From: Octopus sinensis
Taxonomy: Eukaryota
Length of the DNA: 64,000 bases
Reading direction: 5' to 3'
Assembly (NCBI RefSeq): GCF_006345805.1
Contig: NC_043012.1
Location: forward strand, 24,118,001-24,182,000
The position numbers were made by a program, and so were the translations under genes. The notes beneath the pieces were generated by a model. That model made no database searches. It saw nothing but the letters and a program-made list of their open reading frames with translations, and was not told the origin of the DNA. Below, piece after piece: positions 23,521 through 37,236 of the stretch. The stretch's first letter is position 1; each line of letters begins with the position of its first letter.

Positions 23521-25869
23521 AAATTGTAGTTATGATACCTGTGCTGGCAGCACATAAAATGCACCCACTACACTCACGGAGTGGTTGACGTTGGGAAGGG
23601 CATCCAGTTGTAGAAACACTGCCAGATCAGACTGGAGCCTGGTGCAGCCACGTGGCTTCCCTGATCTCGGTCGAACCGTCCAACCTGTGCTAGCACAGAA
23701 ACCGGACATTAAACGATGATGATATATATACACACACATAATAAGCTCTTTTAACTTTCCATCTATGAAATCCACCAACAAGGCTTTTGGTCTGCCTAAG
23801 GCTTTTGTAGAAGACACTTGCTAAATGTACCATGCAGTGGGATTGAACTTGGAAGCATGTGGTTGGGAAGCAAACCTCTTACCACAGAGCCATGGAAGTA
23901 GAGAGAGATTCTATGTGAAGATCTGCTAACAGCTCCTTCATGTAATATGATGGTGCTGCAAAACATTTTAGCCTCAGGACTGTAAATAATGGCAATAATG
24001 ATGAAAAGATTTGTGAAAATTAAGCAAAATTACTAAAAAAAAAAAATTCTACAGTTGAAATATGCATAAAAAAAAAATTAAATGAAAATATTTTATTTAA
24101 ATTTAAAATATGTAAATAAGAATAAATAAAACAGCACAAAGAACCAAAATGGAAAAACAAATTAAATTTCAGTTTATGTCTATTTCTGGGGGAAAAAAAT
24201 TACTTAGAAACATTAAACAACACGTATTTTATGTGAGAATGTGTGTGTTTGAATGTTACTAACAAGATGTTTGTGACATATTAACCAAGTAATAGTATTC
24301 AATTCACCAATGTATTCCGAGAATAAACAGGTGCATAAATGTTGAACTGTAATGGTGGAATGGTTTGGCCAACCAATTAAGGTAAAACTGCAGAAAGCTA
24401 GGCAGCCTTCCAGTTTTCAAACGTTTTCTAAATCATTATTTATCCAACACTATCGAACTTCATTCTTGTCAGTTTTTTATTACTACTATTGCTGCTGCTG
24501 CTGCTACTACTACTACTACTACTACTACTACAACAACAACAGTGATAGATTAGCAAAATCATCAGGATATTGATAAAAATGCTTTGTGATATTTGTTCCG
24601 GCAAAAAAGATTCTGAGTTCAAAATCCTATCAAAGTCAACTTGGGCTTTCATCATTCTGGAGTGAGTCAATAAATTAAAGTAGCAGTAATATACTGAGGT
24701 TGAGGGTATCAACTAACCCTCATCCACTGAAAACTGCTGGCCTTGCACCTATTTCTCAAGTCACAAACCATTACCACCACTGCTACTACTACTAGAGAGG
24801 TGGATTAGCAGAATTGGTCCCCAAAAATGATCTTGTGGTAGTTGTTCTTGCCCTTTATATTCTGTGTTCAAATTCTGCCCAGATCGACTTTGCCTTCTAT
24901 CCTTGCAAGGTTTATTAAGTACCAGTCAAATCTTGGGGTCAATGTAAGCAAATATTAGAAACATCCTCGTCATCATTATATTATCATTAAAGATGTTGAG
25001 TTGGCAAAATCATTAGCCACACAAAATACTTACTGGCATTTCTTCTAGTTCTTTACACAAGTTCAAATCTTGTCAAAATCAACTTTACCCTGGGGTCAAT
25101 AGCATAAGTACCAGTTGAGCACTAAGGTAAGTGCAATTGACACACCTGTCCCCTAAAACTACTGGCCTTGTGTCAAAATTTCAAAATATTATTATTATTA
25201 TTATTATTATGCTAGTAGATAAGCAAAATCATTAGAGCTAAGTACTAGGAAGTTCTTTTGGTTCTTTGAGCTCTCGGTTCATCTCTTGCAAACATCAACT
25301 TTCCCTTTCATCCCTCCACAATTAATACAATGAAGTACCAGTCATTTCTTGGGGTTTCATTTAATTAACTAGCTCGTCTGTAGAATTTCAGGCCTTGCGC
25401 TTATGTGCAATATATGCAAATTAGTTAAGAAACTTGCTATGTAACCATGTGGTTTTGGGTTCAATTCCACAATGCAATACCTTTGACATGGGTCTCCTGC
25501 TGCTGAAACCATGCAGAAGCTGACACCAGAGCTGACAACACAGCTTTGTACTCACTGGGCCCTGTCAAGTCATCCAACCCATGCTAGCATGGAAAACAGA
25601 CATCGAATGGTGATGAGGATGATGATGATGATGATGATGTGTGTTTGTGTGTGTGTGTGTGTATAGGTTGTATTTGTTCCCCACCACTATTCAACAACCG
25701 GTGTTGGTTTGTTTATATCTCCATAACTTGGAAGTTCAGCAAAAGAGATAAGACTTAAGAAAATAAGTATCAGAGTTGATTTGTGCAACTAAAACCCTTC
25801 AAGGTGGTGCCCCAGCATCACAGTAATTCAATGACTGAAACAAGTAAAAAAATACATATACATACATGA

Positions 25870-27160
25870 TTTGATTTTGATTTTGATTTTCCTAGTTTCA
25901 GCTAATGAGCTGTGGCCATGCTGGGGCACCGCCATTTGGTTTGCTACACGATTTTACCTCACGGATGCTTCTTAGCAAACGCCATCTGATGCATGAGAGA
26001 GTTCGATGCAGCTGCCCTCATCTGCACCTCCTACCTTGAAGTTGGTTCATCCGGGACACCTGACAGGAAGAGATCCAGTTCTACTTTAAAGACATCCGCA
26101 TCTACACCATGCAGGTCCCCCAGGTTCTTCAGGAGGATATTGAAGAGCTGTGGGCCTCTGAAGCCCAGGCTATCACAATATCTTGTCCTACATCTTGATG
26201 GCAAATTTGGAGTCCTTGGTACTACGCAGTGGCGTCCAGTTCTGGCATTTGTGTGACTCTCGATGCCAAAGTCTGGGACAAGTCCTTCCAGGATCTTCCA
26301 AATATATATTATGGCATATCTTTCTCACCTGAGCTCCAGGGAATAGAGCTTTAATCTCTTGAGTCTTTCCCAGTAGCTCATATGCTGCACAGAGGCTATC
26401 TTCTTCGTGTATCTACGTTGGATCGCCTCAAGTTCTGTGATCAACTTGACACTGAATGGTGACCATAGCTGAGAGCAATAGTCAAAGTGGCTTAGGACAA
26501 GTGTTTTCCAGAGGACCATCATGGTTTCTTGTTCTCTTGTTCTAAAGGTTCTAAGAATCCAGCCAGCCAGCCGTCTACATTTCATTGCCAGTTTAGCAAC
26601 ATGTACATGAAAGGTCGCGTCATCACTCATGTGAATACCCAGGTCACGCACTGATTGTGCCTCTGGGATTGCAATCCCTCCAGGTCCAGTGTATTCATTG
26701 GGTATTGCATTCAGTTTTGCATGCTGATAGTATAAAGCTTGAAACTTTTCAGCATTGAACTGCATGCTATTCTTTTCAGCCCACTTGTATATTTCGTCCA
26801 GCTCACATTGCAGGTGCTTAGTGTCTTCAGGGTTCTGTATTGCCTGTGAAACTTTTATGTCATCTGCATAACTTGTGATCGTGGCTCTCTGCGTGGCTGA
26901 GGGCATGTCTGAGAGGGCCGTTATGAACAGTAGTGGTCCAGAAACAGTGCCCTGCGGAACACCGCTCACTATTTGCGTGTTAATGGAAGTGGCCCCATTG
27001 GCTGCTACCACCTGACTTCTATCTTTCAGAAAGTCATGAAGCCATTCTCCCAGTTTTCCAACTATGCCAAGATCACGCAGTTTGTGACATATCATTCCAT
27101 GATCGACTTTATCAAAGGCCTTTGCAAAGTCGAGATATATCACTTCCACATTTGAGTGGT
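25870..27160 (-). mobile_element. 5'-truncated CR1/L2-type LINE (RT domain to 3' tail)
   Basis: [58 protein letters not shown], then 3' UTR and (AAATC)-like tail at ~25870-25890; in-frame stops at 26325 and ~26030. The N-terminal part of the 352-aa track ORF is microsatellite. Confidence 0.92.
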
Positions 27161-27396
27161 TATATATATACATACATATATATACACATATATATATATA
27201 CACATATATATACACACACATATATATATATACACACATATCTATATACACACATATATATATACACACATATATATATACACACATATATATATACACA
27301 CACACACATATATATACACACACACACATATATATACACACACACACATATATATACACACACACACATATATATACACACACACATATATATATA

Positions 27397-27560
27397 GGGA
27401 GAGTTTACGAAAAAAACAAAAGACAAAGACAGGTGGTGTACAAAACAAACAGATGTATTAGTATAATGCTTAGGAATAGAAAAAGACTTTTACGTTTCGA
27501 GCCTATGCTCTTCTACAGGAAGAGACACAGAAGAAAAACAAGAAGAGAAAAAAATGTCTG
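27397..27560 (-). mobile_element. Penelope-like small element with a degenerate hammerhead motif (27487-27522)
   Basis: CTGTAGA-A-GAGC(ATAG)GCTC-GAAAC-GTA|AAAG; terminal segment also seen inverted at ~1420-1470; begins at a (TA)/(CA) tract. Confidence 0.55.
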
Positions 27561-28859
27561 TAGTGGCTAACGATCTATGTGTGTGTGTGTATGTACATAC
27601 ATGCACATACACACACACGTGTGTGGGTGTATGTTGATATTTGCACTGCTTTGCATCAGCCTGAAGAACAAACAGTGATATCATGTTTACATTCCCTGCG
27701 AACAATGCATCCTGTAGTTGCAATAAGTTTTCATCTAACCCATGCTAGCATTAAAAAGCAGACATAAAACTAAGTAAGAAACAAAAGCACACACATATAT
27801 GTTTATATATATATACATATATACACATATATATATGCGAGCGTGTGTGACTTACTGTAAATGACAGAATATACATATTTTAAAGACAAAATTCAAATGA
27901 ATCAGCATATTAGAGCAGATGGTGTACACAACAGAGCTGAACCATTAAAGTTTGCTGTACAAATATTAATTATATATCTAATTCAAAAGACTGTAGCACA
28001 AAGCAATGAAATGTTGTGTGTGTGTGTATGTGTCAGTGTACATGTGTGTGTACATAAGCCTATACATTTCTCTCTCTCTATATATATATATGTATGTGTG
28101 TGTGTATATGTGTGTGTATGTGTGTATATATGTGTGTGTGTGTGCATGTGTGTGTATATATGTGTATGTGTGTATTCATATATGTATTTGTGTGTATATA
28201 TATGTGTGTGTGTTCATATATGTATTTGTGTGAGTGTATGTCAGTGTACATGAGTGTGTGTGTATATAAGCCTATACATTTCTCTCTATATATATATGTG
28301 TGTGTGTGTAAGCGTATATAAGTGTACATATACATGTATGTGTGTAAGCCTATATATATGCATATATGTGTGTGTGTGTACATGTATGTATACACACATA
28401 CACACCTCTACAAAATTACACACACACATACACACAGAAACAGCCACAGACTGTAGCAATTGCTGTGTTTGTCAGAGCTCCAAATGAACTCTCAATAAAA
28501 GTTTGGATGTCGGAAAAAGCAAAATCATGTAAGTGGTGTCGTTTTGTGGTGATGCCTGGCCATATGCCATTACGACAGTGTGGGAAAACTGCAAGAGGGC
28601 GACAGAAATTTAAACTATCAACATGTAATCCCTAAAGCTTCTATCAATAAAAGATACAGACCGACCTAAAGCTGGAGTCATTAAAATCTGTCATTGTGGT
28701 GGGTTGGTTTGTGAAAAGAGAAAAAAACAAAAAAAAACAAGAGAAAGAAGGAGAGAGAGAGAGAGTGAGAGAGGGAGGGAGGGAAATGTCTGTTAGAACT
28801 AAGAAGAAAAAGTACAAAAACAAAAAAAGCATAGAAAAGAACCAATCATTGGCAGCATC

Positions 28860-29390
28860 CTATTGCCAATGCCATCATCATCATCATCATCCTTATCATC
28901 ATCGTCATTTTGTCATAATCAGTGTTGTTGTTATCATCATCATCGTCATCGCGTGCATTATTGTCATCATTGCTGTCATCATCATCATCATCGCCCCACT
29001 GTCATTATCAACATCATCGACTTCAGTGTTGTGAACATTGTCATCATTATTGTCATCATGATCATAATCATCATCATCAACACTGCAACCATCAAAGTGA
29101 TTGTTGCTCTCATTCTTTTTACTCTCACCACCACAACTACCACCACACCCACAAGCACCACTACAATCAACCCCATCACCATTGCCATCAGCAAGCACCA
29201 CCACCACCACCACCACCACCACACTAGTTCCACTACTACTGTTACAGTAAGTACTACCAATCCTAGCCATGACCATATTAACCTGGACTATACCATCACC
29301 ACCAACATCATCATTTTGGCCATTAGTACTGCTACTATCGCCCCCAACCATGCCACCTCCGGCTACACAACAACAACCTTCCAGTAATGC
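28860..29390. repeat. Degenerate (CAT)n/(CAC)n trinucleotide low-complexity tract
   Basis: Runs of catcatcat and caccaccac; explains the poly-H/S/I/T ORFs. Confidence 0.85.
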
Positions 29391-29749
29391 TATTTCATTA
29401 CTCCCCACCCCCACCATTGTGACCTGAGGCTATGAAAGAACAACAGCAACATCCAACGAGGGGAGGGGGTAGAATGGGGCAAGCCATTCAAATCAGCAGT
29501 CATAAGGTTGCAAATACAATTAAGGGAGGTCAGGGAAAAGAGTGGGTCCATCATGGATATCCCCTGAGGTTATTCAAATATCTGGTGAAGTAGGACACAG
29601 GTGAGTCACTCATGAAACCATTCAGGTAGTATGGAAAGGTCTCCTACCTGGCTATGAGACATTCTGACACAGCTGTTGTGGCACAGCTGTTTTGGCACTG
29701 CTTATTTGGTGTTCATGATTTGATGCTGACTTATTTGACATTTGCCATT

Positions 29750-29976
29750 TTAACCCTTTAGCGTTCAGATTATTCAATCAAACATAATGCCTATTAATTT
29801 CCATTGATTTTAATTAATCATGCATTATCTCATATCTTCAAAATCTTGATGGTGTAATTACTTAATGTAGAATAACATTGTGGGGTAAGTGTGAGAGCCT
29901 GGATCTGGTCAGTTTGAACATAAAACAGATTAGCAATTTTGGCCAGATATGGCCAGTTTAAATACTAAAGGGTTAA
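29750..29976. mobile_element. piggyBac-type MITE with TTAA target duplication
   Basis: TTAA|CCCTTTAGCGTT ... AATACTAAAGGG|TTAA; related partial copies at ~32370-32520, ~47250-47355 and ~59470-59690. Confidence 0.8.
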
Positions 29977-31042
29977 TGTTTCTCTTCTTTATTTTACCTT
30001 CACCTCTCTCTCACCTCTTCTCTCTCTCTTTCACACACACACTCTTTGTTTATAAGGATGAGCTTATTTCTCTTTATGTGTATAAGGAGAGAGAAAATGT
30101 TTAATTGTGCTCAATTAATAAATTGTAATGTCTCTCTTTCTCCCTCTCACTCTCACAATTTCTACCTGAAACCATCTGGTTGGGAAGCTAACTTCTTACC
30201 ACACACACACACACACACACATAATTCTTTCTGCTATAGGAACAAGGCCTGAACTTTCAGGGAAAGGAACTGGTCAGTTAGATTGACCCTAGTACACAAC
30301 TGATTTTTATTTCATCAACCCCGTAAGAATAAAAAGCCAAGTCAACTTTGGTGGGATTTGAACTCAGAATGTAAAGAAACGAAATACTGCCAAGCATTTC
30401 GTCCAGTATGCTAACAATTCTGCCAGCTTGCCACCTTCATCATTATCATTATCAAATGTTTTAAATTCAGGTTTTGTCCCCATAAACGAGGGTGGCCAGA
30501 TCTACCTCAATGCCATAGCAACTGAGTTAGGCAGGTGTAGCCCATCACAATCTTTGGGCTGGCTGGTGCCCATTCTCTGTTGCTATCATGAGATGCTTTT
30601 GGAGCTGGATTTTCTACGAGGAGCATGCCCTTGCTTACCCACCAGCCTCAGTTTATATACATGAGTGGTCCCAAGTCAAAGGCCTCTACCACGATTTTTA
30701 AGAAATGTGGTGGAAAACTAGCTCCGGAGGGCAGGGACTCTACTCTGGGATGGTTTCTCTGGTAGGATGCCCTCTCTAATGTCAACCCCTTTACAGACCA
30801 TACTAAGGGCTGTTTACATTGCACAGGCACTGATGAGGTTACCAAGTAACTCACAAGGCAAAACCATCAATTGAAGTGAGTATAGCACCGGAGGGGCTCA
30901 CAGCCAAATTTTTTTTTCAATGGCATGAAGAAGAAGTAAACTTGACCAATAATAAAACACAAACTTTACTTTTCCTAATGTTGTGCAAATTCAAGGAAAA
31001 AACTGAACAGATTCAATGTGTTTTATTCCATTTCTCCACATT

Positions 31043-31214
31043 AGGCGTAGGAGTGGCTGTGTGGTAAGTAGCTTGCTTACGAATCACATGGTTCCGGGTT
31101 CAGTCCCACTACGTGGCACCTTGGGCAAGTGTCTTCTACTATAGCTTCGGGCTGACCAAAGCCTTGTGAGTGGATTTGGTAGACGGAAACTGAAAGAAGC
31201 CCGTCGTATATATG

Positions 31215-31247
<33 letters not shown>

Positions 31248-31460
31248 ATATGCTTGTGTGTCTGTGTTTGTCCCCACCAACATCGCTTGACAACCAATGT
31301 TGGTGTGTTTACGTCCCCGTAACTTAGTGGTTCGGCAAAAGAAACCGATAGAATAAGTACTAGGCTTACAAAGAATAAGTCCTGGGGTCGAGTTGCTCGA
31401 CTAAAGGCGGTGCTCTGGTATGGCCATAGTCAAATGACTGAAACAAATAAAAGAGTAAAC
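31043..31460 (+). mobile_element. SINE family A, full length
   Basis: Same head, internal microsatellite and tail as 8307-8690. Confidence 0.9.
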
Positions 31461-31539
31461 GAGAAAAGAGTATTAATTACATGAAAATCATTTTAATCTG
31501 GCAACAATTTGCATTGGACAGAGGAACAAGGTTCTTATT

Positions 31540-31715
31540 GCAATCATCATCATTTAGCGTCCGCTTTCCATGCTAGCATGGGTTGGACGGTTCGACTGGG
31601 GTCTGTGAAGCCAGAAGGCTGCATCAGGCCCAGTCTGATCTGGCAGTGTTTCTACGGCTGGATGCCCTTCCTAACGCCAACCACTCCGTGAGTGTAGTGG
31701 GTGCTTTTTACGTGT
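31540..31715 (-). mobile_element. RTE-type 3' tail element (family C)
   Basis: catcatcat...CCATGCTAGCATGGGTTGGACGG...GGATGCCCTTCCTAACGCCAACC. Confidence 0.8.
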
Positions 31716-32863
31716 AGAGTATAATACATATCATCACAGACAATACTATGAATGTATATAATAAATATGATATCATGTATGCTATAATATAGATAATATT
31801 ACACAACATATATAATGCTATATATATTATGTGTATATGTAATATACATAATTTTCTATATAATAGCCTTCCAATCTTCTCATGTACACTGTATTATTCT
31901 GCTTCTGTTAGAAACAAAAGCAGAACCTGTTAACTATATACCATTGTACATCACCGTCTTTGTACTGCAAGTCATCACTTCCTCTCCTCCCTATCTAAAC
32001 ATAACCCATTCATACCAACTTTGACCCTTATTCACCATTCACTACATTTATCTTCCATATACATCTGACCTCCTCCTTCATTCCATGCTCATATCCCTCT
32101 CACTCTCCTCCCACACACGATCTTAATCACCACCCTCCCTCACTTTTCTATATCCATGCTCTCTTCTATACATCTCCTGGGTGCAATACCATGAGGCCAT
32201 GTTCTGTTACCACTTCATCACTGTATTTACTTCTTTTCAATTCTACTCAAGCTTCTCCTACCCACCCACCCCCTTGCCAAATATGAGACAGCCATGAATC
32301 TCCCCCACAAACTGTAGATATTCCTTCTCCTCATACTTTAACCCTTCAACAACTTCCTTAATGCAAGTATTTCAATCAGGCATATCCAATCCAAATATTC
32401 TGTTTGGTGTACAAACCAGCCAGACCTGGCTTCTCACACCTACCCTACAATGCCATTCTAAATATAAACACCCACAACATTGAGAACTTGTAACTTCAAG
32501 AAAATGTAAGATGAACCTGAAAAAGAGAAAGTGTGAATAAATAGGCTTTACAGGGGCAGAGTAAACTGAATAATGAAAGGGGTTAAAGTGAGAACCAAAG
32601 GGACTCTTCGTTGCCCCAAATCACAAAATGACCACATTAGTGTTGGGGTAACAGGAAAGGAGCACCTCTGTACACTTGTGAAAGTTATTGGCATCTGCAA
32701 GGGGGTACCCAGCAGTAGAGAGCTTGGTGAAACTGTGACAATGTAGAGAAATATAAAATGCTGACCCATTGATCCTTTCAGAACAACCAGCAAACATGCA
32801 AAGATGAAATAATGGTGTGGGTGTATTTTATATGATGCAGCATGTAAATATAATAATATATAA

Positions 32864-32910
<47 letters not shown>

Positions 32911-33279
32911 GCATAATAAATATGTAAAATGTGAATTATACATACATTTATACATACATAAATATACATACATACATTTATACATACATATACATAAATA
33001 TACATACATACATACATATACATACATATATATATATATACACACATACATATACATATATATATATACACACACATACATATATAGACACATGCATATA
33101 TATACATATATATATACACATACATATATATACACATACACATACATATATATGTACACAAATATATACACACACACATATGTATATACACAAACACATA
33201 TATATACACACACACATATATATACACACACACATATATACACATACATATATATATATATATACAAATGCCTGTGTGC

Positions 33280-33652
33280 AGGCACAGGAGTGACTGTGTG
33301 GTAAGTAGCTTGCTTATCAACCACATGGCATCTTGGGCAAGTGTCTTCTACTATAGCTTCGGGCAGACCAAAGCCTTGTGAATGGATTTGGTAGACAGAA
33401 ACTGAAAGAAGCCTGTCGTGTATATGTATATATATATGTGTGTGTATGTTTGTGTGTCTGTGTTTGTTGCCCCAGCATTGCTTGACAATCAATGATGGTG
33501 TGTTTATGTCCCCGTCACTTAGCGGTTCGGCAAAAGAGACTGATAGAATAAGTACTAGGCTTACAAAGAATAAGTCCCGGGTTTGATTTGATCGACTAAA
33601 GGTGGTGCTCCAGCATGGCCGCAGTCAAATGACTAAAGCAAGTAAGAGAGTA
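33280..33652 (+). mobile_element. SINE family A, near full length
   Basis: Head GGCACAGGAGTGACTGTGTGGTAAG to tail GGTGCTCCAGCATGGCCGCAGTCAAATGAC; small deletion in the B-box region. Confidence 0.85.
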
Positions 33653-33654
33653 AA

Positions 33655-33780
33655 TATATATACATATCCATTAATATATATATATATATATATATAACAC
33701 ACACATATATACACATATATATACATATATATATATACATAAAAATATATATATATATATATATATACGTATACATATAC

Positions 33781-33812
<32 letters not shown>

Positions 33813-33888
33813 ACATACTATACATATACATGTATATATACATATATATATACATACATATATATACATGTATTATACATATATATAC

Positions 33889-33920
<32 letters not shown>

Positions 33921-34316
33921 GATGCACACATATACATAAATATATACATACACGTATAATATATACATACACGTATAAATATATATATACATACATAAAT
34001 ATATACATATACATACATATATATATATACATACATATATATATATACATATACATACATAAATATATACATATACATACATAAATATATACATATACAT
34101 ACATAAATATATACATATACATACATATATACACAAACATACAAATTTATACATATATATACATATATATACGTACATATATACATATGCATACATGTAT
34201 AAATATACACAAATATATACATATAATATATACACATACACATATATATATACAAATATAGAAACACACACATATGTATATATGTGAATGTGTGTGTATG
34301 CGTGTATATATATATA

Positions 34317-34383
<67 letters not shown>

Positions 34384-34400
34384 CATATATATATAGTAAT
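33655..34400. repeat. Long compound (TA)/(TACA) microsatellite
   Basis: About 750 bp of tatatacatatac-type repeats; source of the YIYICM ORFs. Similar tracts at 18220-18860, 19300-19720, 27160-27395, 28010-28430, 32860-33265, 57280-57510, 63420-63655. Confidence 0.9.
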
Positions 34401-34809
34401 GTATGTTTCGGAATGAGTCTTTTGTTTGACAGGGCTCCAAAATGCAAAAAAAAAAAATAAATAAAATGTATCAAAAAAACAGAAAACCCAAAGAGGAAGG
34501 CAGAATGGCACAATTGTCACAGTAGCCATTCAGGAACAAAATGAAGAAGAAGGAAAGAAAAAAAAAAAAAAGGAACAGTGACGACAATGAAGAAGAAGGA
34601 ATGATGAAGAATGGTAACAGCGTTAATAGATTGCCACTCACGTCAACTGCAGATAGAATTTCCCACACTAATTACAAAATAAACACTTTAGCTTTTTCTT
34701 ATCATATTTCTCATTGAATTCTCAAAAACAAAAGTGGTAAAAATAATTTAGAAAAAAAACAACAAAAAACAAAATGCAGAAAACAACAAAAATACAAAAA
34801 AGTCAAAAC

Positions 34810-35028
34810 CACAAATAATAATAATAATAATAATAATTGTAATAATAATAACAATTATAATAACAATAATATTATTTTAAATAATAATAATAATAATAGT
34901 AATAATGATAACAAAAATAATAATAATAATAATAATAATGATAATAATAATAATAATAATAATAGTAATAATGATAACAAAAATAATAATAATAATAATG
35001 ATAATAATAATGATAATAATAATAATAC
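34810..35028. repeat. Compound (AAT)n tract with higher-order duplication
   Basis: aataat runs with a repeated aatagtaataatgataacaaaaataat block. Confidence 0.85.
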
Positions 35029-35494
35029 TTGTTTTGTTGAAATATCTGTACACTTGCAGTTATCGCAATCAAGAATACTAGCGAGATGATAAAGAGAAAA
35101 TTTTAATGAATTTTCCAAGTTTCAAGATGAAATTTGGTTTTGCTTCATGTTTGCTTATTAATATTGTTATTATTATTGTTGTTGTTGTTGTGATGGTGGT
35201 GGTTGTCTTTTGTAGTTGTCATCTTCGTTATGTTTTTCTTTCTACTTCTTCTTCTCCATCTCTTCCAATTGTATTGTTTGTTATTGTTTGTTTTTTTTAC
35301 TTTCTTTTGTGTTTCTTATTATATATGTATTTATTTTATTATTATTATTATCATTATTAATATTATTATTATTTAGTTAACATTTGCAACTTATGTTTTG
35401 TTTTGTTTTTACAATTTTTTTTGTGGGATGGAGGGATGATACCAAGGTAATATTTTTTTTCATTTCAAATTTTTATCATGGTAGATGTTTGACG

Positions 35495-35528
<34 letters not shown>

Positions 35529-35589
35529 AGGGGTGGTACATATAGAGGGAGGGATACAGAGAAAGAGACACAGAGGAGAGATAGAGGAG

Positions 35590-35709
35590 GGATGGAGAGG
35601 GAATGTGGAAGAGAGAGAAGGAGATTCAAGGATGGAGAGGGAATGTGGAAGAGAGAGAAGGAGATTCAAGGATGGAGAGGGAATGTGGAAGAGAGAGAAG
35701 GAGATTCAA
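35590..35709. repeat. Perfect 40-bp minisatellite x3
   Basis: GGATGGAGAGGGAATGTGGAAGAGAGAGAAGGAGATTCAA three times. Confidence 0.9.
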
Positions 35710-36359
35710 GGACAGAGAGTGGAAAGAAGAGAGTGAGCAGGTAAGGAGAGGTAGAGAGAGAGGGGGGAGAAAGTAAGAGAGAAGGACATATAAAGACAGA
35801 GAGAGAGAGGAAAGGAAAGAGAGACAAAGAGAGAGCAAGTAGAAAGCCTTTTCATGAAATACTCCATGTAGATAGGATAAACAAGCACCACCACCACCAT
35901 GACCACCACCGTCGACAGAAGCACTTTGGAAAGAGGGAGAAGAGAGAAAACAAAAAGGGTTAAAATAAGTTTAGAAATATAGAAATATAATGAGAATAAT
36001 AATTAAATAAAACAATTATAAAAATAAACAAGGTATGAGAAGAAACACAAATGGAAAGTTCTAGAAAGAGAAGAAAAAGGAGAGAGAGAGAGAGAGAAAG
36101 AGGGGGAGAGAGAGAGAAAGAGGGGGAGAGAGAGAGAGGAAGACAATGTGCCATGAAACCATTGTTTCCTTGTAATGCATAATGGCCAAAACATAAACTG
36201 TAATTATTTTTCAAACTAAAATTGGAGTAATTTTTATCACACACACAGAACAATGTATAGATGTGTGTATGTGTGTGTGTGTATGTATGTGTGTGTGTGT
36301 ATGTATGTATGTGTGCATGTATGTATGTGTATGTATAATTGTATGTGTGTAGAGAAAGA

Positions 36360-36720
36360 GACACAAACAGACAGATAGGTAGACAGACAGACAGACAGAC
36401 AGGTAGACAGACAGACAGACAGATAGATAGGTGGATAGACAGACAGGTTAAGATAGACATACAGACAGGTAGACAGATAGACAGACAGGTAGATAGATAG
36501 ATAGATAGATAGATAGATATAGATAGATAGACAAATAGATAGATAGATAGATAGACAGATAGATAGACAGGTAGATATATAGATAGATAGACAGGTAGAT
36601 ATATAGATAGATAGACAGACAGGTAGATATATAGATAGATAGACAGACAGGTAGATATATAGATAGATAGACAGACAGGTAGAGAGATAGATAAATAGAC
36701 GGACAGATAGATAGACAGAT
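36360..36720. repeat. (GATA)n/(GACA)n compound microsatellite
   Basis: agatagatagacagacag runs; source of LSIY/LSVC ORFs. Confidence 0.9.
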
Positions 36721-37236
36721 GAACACACACACACACATACATGTATGTATCTATGAAGGTATATATATACCAACGCACATAGAAATGCGTAGCTGTACAC
36801 AGTTACATATAGATATACGCATACGTATATACAAACATATACATAGGCACTCAAATTTGCATCCATGCTCTCTCTCACACACATACACACACACAAATAT
36901 TTATATATTTAAAGACACACATATAGATATATGACTACACACATACACGTCAGAGACAAATACACACCTGTTAATGCTTGCTGTCACACACACGTACACA
37001 CACACACACACACTGTCTCTTTCTCTCTCTCACACACACAACAACATGTTTAAAATGAAAACTGATCTTTTATTTGTCTCAGTCAGTGGGCTGCGACCAT
37101 GTTGGGGCACTGCCTGGAAAGGTCATGTTCAAACAAATCAACCCCAGTACTTATTTATGAGAATGGAAACAAACCAGCACCGGTTATCAAGTGGTGGGAG
37201 AAGAGACACACACACACACATACATACATACATACA

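Noticed and set aside
26325-27383. 352-aa ORF as an intact gene
   Set aside because: The first ~75 aa are translated microsatellite; the rest is a 5'-truncated LINE RT ending at a premature stop.
28863-29417. Poly-His/Thr/Ser and poly-Asp ORFs (also 51072-51594)
   Set aside because: Trinucleotide low-complexity DNA open in several frames on both strands, with no splice or domain support.
30640-30900. Possible 5' UTR of an RTE LINE with a self-cleaving ribozyme
   Set aside because: Only a vague resemblance; no nested pseudoknot or adjoining ORF could be shown by eye.
32548-34529. Long ORFs rich in Y/I/C/V/M/H/T (also at 18247-18982, 27122-27461, 35960-36896, 56829-57609, 63304-63973)
   Set aside because: They are translations of (TA)n/(CA)n/(GATA)n tracts that happen to lack stop codons.
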